From NCBI GenBank assembly GCA_049317265.1, contig JBMOIP010000022.1, positions 6,718 to 70,717 of the forward strand: a DNA stretch of 64,000 nucleotides. The letters are read 5' to 3'. Shown in pieces: positions 1 to 8,800 of the stretch. Below the pieces are notes generated by a model that made no database searches, had not been told where the DNA came from, and was given only the letters and a program-made list of their open reading frames with translations. Every line of letters begins with the position of its first letter. Position 1 is the first letter of the stretch. The position numbers were made by a program, and so were the translations under genes. The DNA comes from Bacteroidales bacterium. GTDB lineage: Bacteria > Bacteroidota > Bacteroidia > Bacteroidales > FEN-979.

Positions 1-1
1 C

Positions 2-1081
2 AGGTATTTTCTGCTGACTGATTTTGTCTCCTCCGCCACAACGAAAAACTTTACCTGGCAGCTCCATGGAAACGGATTGTATGGCAGTGTTCCCGGGGCG
101 CCAACAGGAGCATTCGCGCCCGATTTTGCCAACGGAAGGGGCATCTATTCGCGGAGTGCGGCATCGCTTTTTGTCCAGGTAAATGTGCCCGGATCTGCAT
201 CCGGTTATACCCATGAACAGGACAGCATGGCCATTGGCGGCGGGTTCAGGAAATATTCAAAAATGCTGGTACAAAAGAACAATACCACCGGAACCTTATT
301 CCTGTCCACCCTCTTTCCCTATACCGTATCGCCACCGCAGGTTATGCAGGCGAGCCGGGGAAATGTGGTTACCGGGGTGAATATTCAGCAGGATAATTAC
401 CGGGACCTGGTCTTTTGTTCCCAGGCCGGCGCTTTGCATATTGTACCTTCCGATTCAACCGGAATGAATATCCCGGTAAAGGGTAATGGCAGGATAAACT
501 TCCTCTCAAAAACCGCCGACGGAGGGTTTTCATCAGCATTCATTCAGTATGGCGACAGCCTCCTTGCGGGTACTCAACCCATCATTCGTACCGGGAAGAA
601 GATGGATGTTGCCTGGATGGAGATCGACTCCTCCCTCTCAGGTGGTTACGTCTCCGACTTCGGAACCGTCAGTTTATTCTCCAAAAGGGCATTGCAATTA
701 CTTAAGGGACCTGTTTCATCCATCTCCTATGACTCCACGCATCATGCAGCCATTGTTGTTTTTAGCGGGAAGGGCAATTTTACCTTAGGAAGGGCCGATC
801 TTACCTGGGTTTGGACCGGCCAGGTGAATGATGAGTGGCATAACCAGTCAAACTGGATCATGCAGGATCATCCGTTTATCAACGGGGTTCCCGCTGCCAC
901 CAACAATGTGATCATCCCTGCAGGAGCAGCTCACATGCCGGTTGTTTCATCAGCGAATCCTGCCGTTTGTCATGATCTTACCATACGGCGGGATGCATCC
1001 TTAACTGTCGGACTGCTGAAATTTCTTACGGTGGAGGGAGTTTTGACGATTGAAAACAACCAGCCTTATATCCATCGTTAA
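2..1081 (+). CDS. 5'-truncated secreted protein, heparinase II/III-like (polysaccharide-lyase-type) C-terminal region
   Basis: Frame 2 is open from base 2 (RYFLLTDFVSSATTKNFTWQLHGNGL precedes the listed Met at 77), so the gene begins upstream of the window. The 'FTWQLHG' motif and the following beta-rich region resemble heparinase II/III C-terminal domains. The tail 'WTGQVNDEWHNQSNW' is common in large secreted Bacteroidota proteins. Family call is from memory only. Confidence 0.45.
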   Translation, partial: RYFLLTDFVSSATTKNFTWQLHGNGLYGSVPGAPTGAFAPDFANGRGIYSRSAASLFVQVNVPGSASGYTHEQDSMAIGGGFRKYSKMLVQKNNTTGTLFLSTLFPYTVSPPQVMQASRGNVVTGVNIQQDNYRDLVFCSQAGALHIVPSDSTGMNIPVKGNGRINFLSKTADGGFSSAFIQYGDSLLAGTQPIIRTGKKMDVAWMEIDSSLSGGYVSDFGTVSLFSKRALQLLKGPVSSISYDSTHHAAIVVFSGKGNFTLGRADLTWVWTGQVNDEWHNQSNWIMQDHPFINGVPAATNNVIIPAGAAHMPVVSSANPAVCHDLTIRRDASLTVGLLKFLTVEGVLTIENNQPYIHR

Positions 1082-1512
1082 AAGGTAATCGTGTATTCAT
1101 AATTCACCGGAGCCGGCTTTTCCTTACTGGTTTCAGGAGTAGGAGCAGTTTCGGTTTTGGGCGCAGCAGAATAGTTTATCCTGACGCCTGCAGGCAACTT
1201 AAAGTTGATGCTGGTTTTTGTGGTCATTTTGACCCGTACGCCTCTGTTTTTAACAGATTCAAAGCGGAGCAGCTTTACCACGCGCATGGCCTCTTCATCA
1301 CAGCCATGTCCAATTCCTTTCAGCACCCTTGGATGGCTGACGAGACCGTTGTCGTGAATGTCGAATTCCACCATCACAGATCCTTCCACGCCGGCTGCCA
1401 GTGCGGCTTCAGGGTACCTTAGGCTGGCAGCAACCGCTTCCTTGAAGGCAGCGCTTCCGCCAGGGTATTTGGGAAGTTTCAGAAATTGCTTTTTATGATG
1501 ATGTTCAGGCAT
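1078..1512 (-). CDS. TonB C-terminal-domain protein
   Basis: 'YPEAALAAGVEGSVMVEFDIHDNGLV...GHGCDEEAMRVVKLL' fits the TonB_C pattern. The tail is Pro/Thr/Lys-rich. The stop overlaps the convergent gene by 4 nt. Confidence 0.7.
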   Translation of the reverse strand: MPEHHHKKQFLKLPKYPGGSAAFKEAVAASLRYPEAALAAGVEGSVMVEFDIHDNGLVSHPRVLKGIGHGCDEEAMRVVKLLRFESVKNRGVRVKMTTKTSINFKLPAGVRINYSAAPKTETAPTPETSKEKPAPVNYEYTITF

Positions 1513-1641
1513 TGTTTGCAGTGGGTTATGATTCTTCGGACATTTAAACGTAGTGTAAAAGTACTAATTTTATCGGGAATTCACCTTAAGAGCGAAAACC
1601 ATCCCAGTTAATTTTTATCTTTACATGAGAACTTTCTGTCA

Positions 1642-4600
1642 ATGTGTTGTTTTGTGAATCCCGTCCGGGTATTATTTCCTCAGGCTGAAGTGATGGCTGC
1701 CAGGTGGATGCATGCCATTTTGCTGTTGATGATTTTTCTTCCGGTGACTGCAAACTCACAGAACTTTTCCCGTATTAATTCAGGAACCAAATCAGACATT
1801 CGCCAAATCAGGGTGACCAATGATGGCAGTGTCTGTTTTCTTACCGATAAAATCTATGTCCTCGAGGGTGATGCATGGAAAAAGTCAGACTATCCCATCA
1901 CCGGATCAATTGATACCTTTGAACCAATTTCAAAGGATGATATCTGGTTCAGTACAACCCTGGAAACAAGCACCTCCATGTTGTACCACCATCATAATGG
2001 AATTACTGAAAATGTTCACTCCCCTTTTGCCAACAATATCTCATTCATTGGTTTTAAGTCAAAACAATTAGGTTTTTTTGCAAGTTACTCGGATGTTATC
2101 ATTTATAAAAACGGTCTTTTTGAGCAAGTCAGACCGGTCGGAAACCGTGGTTTTATTTTCAAGGTCTACGGGATGAGCAGTGAGGAATTCTGGGTGCTGA
2201 GTCAGTACAATGAATTTTTCAATTTCAAAGATGGTAAATATCAAAGAGTCTTTGCCGGCAGGATGGTGAAGGATTTTCAGATGATCGCCCCCGGTCATGG
2301 TTTTGTACTGTGTGAAGATGCGATACTCGAAGTTAATGGGACGAAGGTTCTGCGTCAATATCGTAATGCCTTGCTGAAGACCTCCCGGAAAATTTGCATA
2401 CATGATGATAAAATTTGGGTGGTCGGCGAACATGGCCTCATCCTGGTTCAGGAAAACGGGATTTTACGACAGGTCAAATACAATGGAAAGGAGACCCTGA
2501 ACTCCATCGATTTTGGGTTAAACAATGAGATCTGGATCAGTGGTGAAAATGGATTATTGTTGTATTGCGGAGATAAGGAGTTTCCTGCATACAATGAAAG
2601 TTATCCGGGATTCTCCTCCAAAAAACTCATCACTTTCGGTATCGAGGTGGACAATGAATATGGTGTGGCCTTGTCCGATTTCAATGGCGACAACTATACC
2701 GACATTTATGCAGTGTGCATTTCGGATCCTGACAGGTTGTATGTGAACAAAATGGATCCTGTTCACAAGTCGCCCGATGGATTTCTCTTCAGGGAGGAAG
2801 CCGCCAAACGCGGGGTTTTGGAGTCTGCAGGAAAAAAGCCATCGCCTGTGCCTTCAGAGTTGAAACTGGGGGTCGCAACCGCAGATGTTGACAATGACGG
2901 GGATGAAGATGTCTACCTGGCCTCTCTCAACGGCAAAAATAAACTGCTGTTGAATAACGGTAAAGGATTCTTCAGAAATGTGTCAGAACAAGGCCATCGG
3001 GCCTGTGATGATATGCACCGCTCCAATGCTGCTGCATTTGCTGATGTGGATCTCGATGGCGACCTTGACCTTTTTGCCACCAGCGAGCAGGGGTCCAACA
3101 GGTTATATCTCAATGACGGGAACGCTTATTTTACGGATGTAACTGAAAAGGCAGGTATTTCTTCTACCGGTGGCGGGATGTGTGCCTCTTTCAGTGATGT
3201 GAACGAAGATGGCTATCCCGATCTCTGTGTTACTTTCTGGTACCCCTCAAACAGGATCTACCTCAATGAATCACGAAACGGGAAAGTGAAGTTTCGTGAA
3301 ATTACTGAAACCACCGACCTTTCGAAATCGGAACCTGCAAAGAGCAATGCAGTGGTTTTTGCAGATGTCAACAACGATGGCCATTCCGACCTGTTTATTG
3401 CCAACAGGCATGCTTCCAACAAACTCTACCTGAATGACGGAAAGGGTGCTTTCAGGGATGTTACCACCACATGGTTTGGAAATCATGTTTACCTGACCAA
3501 TGGCGCAGTTTTCGCCGATTTCGACCTCGATGGCTACCAGGATCTCTACATCACGAATGTTGGGGAAAATGTGATGTACCGGAACATCCACGGGAAATAC
3601 TTTGAAGAAGTTACCGGCAAATTCGGAGCGGAACTCAATGGTTATTGCACAGGATGCGCAGCAGGTGATGTTGACAACGACGGCGATGTTGACCTTTATG
3701 CTGCAAATTATATCAATGGCAGCAGCAAGTTGTTCCTGAACAAAATGGAGAAGAAAAATGCGGTTACTATTAAGATTTCCGGGACCATTTCCAACCGGAA
3801 CGGGGTAGGAACCAAGGTGTTTTTATATGCCTGCAGAGCGGGGGGTAAAGCCGATTCACTGGCCGGCTTTCGCGAAATCAGCGGTGGAGGAGGTTATGGT
3901 TCTGCTTCGGCCAAAGAAGCAATTTTTGCGTTGATGCCGGGGACCGATTATTATGCAGTCGTTACCTTTCCAGCATCCGGTAAGATGATAAAAACCAATA
4001 AAATAGTGGCAGGAAGTGTGGTTAGGATAGATGAGCAGGTCGGCGTTGCCTCGTTTAAGACCCTGGCACGGAAAGCAGTCATCAGAATTGCATCGGATCC
4101 TGAAGCCAGGTTAGAAATTGTCAAATTTGCAGCGGTTCTGATGATGCTGATCACTTATCTCCGGATTCAAAGAAAAGGGCCATCTCAGATCAGGCTGACC
4201 AGGATGGTGGTATGCCTTACTTTGTTTATCCTCTTTCTTCTTGTTAACCAGTTGTTTTTATACAGTTCATCCATACTCCTCTTTTTTGTTTCCCCGCTCC
4301 TGGTTATTATCGGCTTAACTATTTTGCATTTGGTTACGGAGAGGATCCTCCTGAAACGCCAGGCTGAACAGGAAAAAACCGAGTTAAGGGAGAAAATTTC
4401 AAGAGATCTGCACGACGACCTTGCCTCCACACTTGGGAGTATCTCCATCTATTCCAGCACACTCAAAGGGATGGACGGAGTCTCCCCGTTAAATTTCCAG
4501 AAACTCAGTGCGAAAATTTCCGAGCTGACCCAAACAGCGCTTCAGTCCATTACAGATATTATCTGGATGACCTCCCCCCGGAATGATTCCCTCCGCAGTC

Positions 4601-4992
4601 TGCTGTTAAAAGTGAGCGCCCTCATGTTCGATGTGTTGAATGACAACGGGATCAACTTTATAGAGAACATTCAGCTTCCCGAACACGAAGTAGTGTTGAG
4701 TGAAAAACTACGTCATGATACATTTCTTATTCTGAAGGAGGCTATGAACAATGTTATCCGGCATGCGGATGCAAAACAGGTAAATCTTTGGGCATCCTAT
4801 AACGGAAGCACCTGTGTTATCCGGCTGACTGACGATGGAAAGGGATTCCTCGTGAAGGATCTTCCCCGCAAGGGTTCTCATGGCAATGGGCTGGTCAATA
4901 TGCGCAGGAGGGCATCAGAGTCGGGGATCAACCTCCAGGTTCAATCCGGTACCGGGTCGGGGAGCCAGATTGAACTCACCTTTAATATATGA
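1642..4992 (+). CDS. Sensor histidine kinase with FG-GAP/VCBS repeats, an UnbV/ASPIC-like ectodomain and a HisKA_3/HATPase_c core
   Basis: About seven repeats of the 'ADVDNDGD.DL....N.LYLNDG.G.F.DVT' type and an 'ISGGGGYGSASAKE' ASPIC-type motif. Hydrophobic TM segments follow (LVNQLFLYSSSILLFFVSPLLVIIGLTILHLV), then the H-box 'DLHDDLASTLGSI' and ATPase motifs 'NVIRHA', 'DDGKGF' and 'GNGLVNMRRRA'. The start is uncertain; alternative Mets at 1693 and 1708 give a cleaner signal peptide. Confidence 0.85.
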   Translation: MCCFVNPVRVLFPQAEVMAARWMHAILLLMIFLPVTANSQNFSRINSGTKSDIRQIRVTNDGSVCFLTDKIYVLEGDAWKKSDYPITGSIDTFEPISKDDIWFSTTLETSTSMLYHHHNGITENVHSPFANNISFIGFKSKQLGFFASYSDVIIYKNGLFEQVRPVGNRGFIFKVYGMSSEEFWVLSQYNEFFNFKDGKYQRVFAGRMVKDFQMIAPGHGFVLCEDAILEVNGTKVLRQYRNALLKTSRKICIHDDKIWVVGEHGLILVQENGILRQVKYNGKETLNSIDFGLNNEIWISGENGLLLYCGDKEFPAYNESYPGFSSKKLITFGIEVDNEYGVALSDFNGDNYTDIYAVCISDPDRLYVNKMDPVHKSPDGFLFREEAAKRGVLESAGKKPSPVPSELKLGVATADVDNDGDEDVYLASLNGKNKLLLNNGKGFFRNVSEQGHRACDDMHRSNAAAFADVDLDGDLDLFATSEQGSNRLYLNDGNAYFTDVTEKAGISSTGGGMCASFSDVNEDGYPDLCVTFWYPSNRIYLNESRNGKVKFREITETTDLSKSEPAKSNAVVFADVNNDGHSDLFIANRHASNKLYLNDGKGAFRDVTTTWFGNHVYLTNGAVFADFDLDGYQDLYITNVGENVMYRNIHGKYFEEVTGKFGAELNGYCTGCAAGDVDNDGDVDLYAANYINGSSKLFLNKMEKKNAVTIKISGTISNRNGVGTKVFLYACRAGGKADSLAGFREISGGGGYGSASAKEAIFALMPGTDYYAVVTFPASGKMIKTNKIVAGSVVRIDEQVGVASFKTLARKAVIRIASDPEARLEIVKFAAVLMMLITYLRIQRKGPSQIRLTRMVVCLTLFILFLLVNQLFLYSSSILLFFVSPLLVIIGLTILHLVTERILLKRQAEQEKTELREKISRDLHDDLASTLGSISIYSSTLKGMDGVSPLNFQKLSAKISELTQTALQSITDIIWMTSPRNDSLRSLLLKVSALMFDVLNDNGINFIENIQLPEHEVVLSEKLRHDTFLILKEAMNNVIRHADAKQVNLWASYNGSTCVIRLTDDGKGFLVKDLPRKGSHGNGLVNMRRRASESGINLQVQSGTGSGSQIELTFNI

Positions 4993-5051
4993 CCCGAATG
5001 GGCTATGGCCTATGGTTGTTTTAATACTTAATTTGCCGTCAAATTATTCCC

Positions 5052-5684
5052 ATGGAAATTATTACAATCGGAATTGTTGAGGATCATTCTGAATTCAGGC
5101 AAAGTCTTGTCTTCCTCATCTCCTCATTCACAGCATACCAGGTTGCATGGGCCCTGGGGTCGGTAGAAGAGGCTCTTGACAATCAGCCGTCAACGGATGT
5201 CATATTACTCGATATCAACCTTCCAAACCTTTCCGGGGTGGAAGCCATTCCGCTGTTCAAGGAGAAGTTTCCAGGTCAGAAGATCATCATGCTGACCATC
5301 CAGGATGATGCAGACAGTATCCTGAGCGCTATTAAAGCAGGGGCTGACGGCTATATCCTGAAAAAAACAAGTCCGCAGAAGATCCTTGAAGCCATTCAGC
5401 AGGTATATGAAGGTGGAGCTGCCCTCACTCCGATGGTTGCAAAACAGGTATTGTCATTGTTTCAGCCTGCAAAAGCCCCGGGGGAGGCCACAACGCTCCT
5501 TACTCCGAGGGAGAAGGAGATTTTAACCCTTATCACCCAGGGAATGAGTACCCTTGTAATTGCAGAAAAACGCTTCATCAGTCCCCAGACTGTCAGAAAC
5601 CACATCAAGAATATCTACGAAAAACTGCATGTCCACTCCAAGGCACATGCCGTTGCCAAAGCCCTGAAGGAAAAAATCGTCTGA
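5052..5684 (+). CDS. NarL/LuxR-family response regulator
   Basis: REC domain ('VILLDINLPNLSG', 'KAGADGYILK') plus a LuxR HTH ('LTPREKEILTLITQGMSTLVIAEKRFISPQTVRNHIKNIYEKL'). Lies directly downstream of the kinase. Confidence 0.9.
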   Translation: MEIITIGIVEDHSEFRQSLVFLISSFTAYQVAWALGSVEEALDNQPSTDVILLDINLPNLSGVEAIPLFKEKFPGQKIIMLTIQDDADSILSAIKAGADGYILKKTSPQKILEAIQQVYEGGAALTPMVAKQVLSLFQPAKAPGEATTLLTPREKEILTLITQGMSTLVIAEKRFISPQTVRNHIKNIYEKLHVHSKAHAVAKALKEKIV

Positions 5685-5845
5685 TTGAAAATGACGTGAA
5701 CGGGCTATTGTGACCTTTCTTCATTAGTTTCAATTTTGTTCATCCTCCTTTTAACCATGCTTCTTCCCGATTCCGGAGAATAGGAATATATGATATTTTA
5801 ACATGAACAATCAAAATCCAACCACTTAAATTAAAACAGGCTATT

Positions 5846-8800
5846 ATGAAAAATCAACTGCTTTTCCGGACCAACATGCTTTGGGTAAAGGTGCTGCTCC
5901 TTTTCATTTTCTCTTTTTTCATGACTGGAATCCAACAGGGAACCGCACAGGTCACCTTCAGGCAAACCCTGAATGCCGATTTCAATAAGGGTGTCTTGAA
6001 CAATGCCGTAGTGGGCAGCGATAATGTTTACTTGCAACTGGGGGCAAGCGATGTGGGTACCTGGCTTACCACAACCGTTCTTCCGCAAACTCTTTCCGGT
6101 CATAAAACTGTTTCGTGGAACGACAAATTTGCCTACATGGTCGGAGGGTACAATAACACCTCCTGTGTGAACAATGTGTATGTTGCAACGATACAACCTG
6201 GCGGAATTACCGGGTGGACCGCGCTGAACCCGCTTCCTGTTGCCTTACGTGATGCTGCCGTGGTGATCGGGACCAATACCATCTATGTGATGGGGGGGCG
6301 CGATGCCACCCAGGTATATAACACCATCTATTATGCCGCCCTCAACAGCGATGGTACGATCGGAGCCTGGCAAACCTCGTCCGTTAGCCTCCCGGTCAAC
6401 CTGTGGGGACATACAGCCACTTACCTGATGGGATATATCTATGTAATCGGTGGCTCTTCGAGCGCCAGTAACGAAAATACCGCGCTGAACACCGTATATA
6501 CCACAAGGGTCAATGCACTGAATACCCTTTCGGCTTTTACCTCCGGCACCATGCTGACCTACCGCAACAAACACAGCGCAGTAACCTACAATAGTAAATT
6601 ATATGTGCTTGGCGGCTATGACAACAGCGGGGTGAAATCAAATTCCGTATACCTGGGCACGCCGGGTTTAAACGGGGTCATCGCAGGTTGGGCCCTTGGA
6701 ACAAATTTGCCGGTGGCAGTAAGCAACCATTCAGCAGTCGTCACAAATGGCGTAATTGCTGTAATGGCCGGTGCTGTAGGAGCCTCGTTAAGCAATACCG
6801 TATACTATGCCAATGCCGATGCAGTTACCCTGACCTGGAATACATCTGCCAATGTAATGTATGACTATACCAAAGATGGGTCTGCATTTACAGGCAATGG
6901 CCAGGCATACTATGCCGGGGGAACGAATTTGTCGGGAACGCCGATCATCAACTGCCGTTTTGCAAACATGGTGTTAACATCCAACTACATCGGCCATGGT
7001 GTTTTTGTCTCAAACCCGTTTTTTGAACTTGGCGCCGAACGAATGATCAACTCTATTGCCTTCGACAAATCGTATACTGCCCCGGCAAACCTGCAGGTTA
7101 ATTACCGCACAGCCGGCAGCGATGGCGTTTGGAGCGACTGGACTGCACTGGTAAATGTAAGCCCGGTTACGGTCAACCTGACAAAGCAATACCTTCAATA
7201 TGCCGTTATTTTTACCGGCTCAACTGTTAATAATGTAATCCTGAACGAAATGAGGCTGGTCACTCCGGGCACCCAGCTTGACGGCAATCTGAATGCCATG
7301 CTGACATTTACCCAGGCTGCCAGCCCCTACTGGGCAACCACGGATATTTCATTTACAGCCGGAACCCATACCTTCCAGGCGGGGACCACTATCCTTTTTC
7401 TGCCGGAAACCGGGCTTTCTGTTTCAGCGGCAAATATGATATGTAACGGTACCGTAACCGATTCTGTGAAATTTCTCAGCTACACCAGCGAAACAGGCAA
7501 ATGGGACGGCTTGTATTTTAGTCCTGAGAGCGATAACGGGGTCTCTTCCCAGTTCAACTATACGGTCATATCCAATGCGGGTTTTGGATCCAACAATGCA
7601 AATCTTTATTGCAACCAGACAAATGAGCCATTGTTGTCAAGGTGCAGCATCAGGAGTGCTGATGGAAACGGGATACGGCTGGAGACATCCAACCTTGTCA
7701 TACAAAACTCTGTCATTCGTGGCAATTCGGAAATCGGGTTGTATTTAAGCAGTTCAAATCCTACCCTGGTTTCCAGCTTCATCTCCTATAATGGCGGTGC
7801 CGGAGTATATCTCACCTCAACGGCCTCACTCCCAAACTACTCGGGTACAACCATTAACAATAACCTATATGCCATCTATTATCCGACGGCAAGCATCTCC
7901 GTTTCACAACACCTGGGCACCTTGACGCTGAGCAACAATACCTATAACGGCGTGTGTTTACCCGGTGGTGATATCTCTGAAAACTATCGTTGGAATTCGC
8001 TCTCCTATCCGATATTTGTCATGGATAACATTAAAATCGGAAAATATTATTCGGTATCCCGTTTGACCATCGAACCCGGGAATACGATTAAAATGGCGCC
8101 GGGCAAAAGTATTCAGGTCGGATTTGCCACCAGCTATCCGTATGGAGGGGAGTTGTATGCCATTGGTGTTTCAGACAGTCTGATCAATTTCACATCCATC
8201 AATGGCCTGTCCGGCGGCTGGGAAGGAATCTATTTCCACGATTTAAGCGATTATAGCGGAGCAACATCCGTGATGGATTATTGTAAAGTGGAGAAGGGTA
8301 ATGCCTATAACATGTACATTGAAAATACCTATCAGCCAAGCATAAACCATGGTGTCATCCAAAATGCCGCGATGGATGGATTAAAATTCTACGGGGCCTA
8401 CAACACCGTCATGAACTCCACCATCACCGGGAACGGCCGTTACCCGGTCTATTTCTCAGAACCACATACCTTTCCTGTGCTTAATGGAAACACCTATTCG
8501 CTTAATGGCATCAACCTTATCGGTTATTGCGGGGGAACCATCGGAGATAACCGTACGTTTCAGAATGACGGTATCGGGTACCATGTTCTGGACAATATCA
8601 TTATCGGCAAATACTACAGTGTATGCCGTCTTACCATTGAACCGGGACTGACACTCTCTTTTGCCAATGGAAAAGGAATCCAGGTTGGAATCTCCACCAG
8701 CTATCCATACGGAGGGGAGTTGTATGCAGAGGGTAAATCAGACAGCATCATCATCATGAAGCCTTACAGCGGCGTGACCGGCGACTGGAGCGGCATCTAT

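Noticed and set aside
5733-5817. Inverted repeat ATTTTGTTCAT / ATGAACAA(tc)AAAAT upstream of the giant surface-protein gene, considered as an invertible promoter
   Set aside because: Only 8 bp are perfectly complementary, in an AT-rich spacer. No recombinase gene is nearby. This is within chance expectation.
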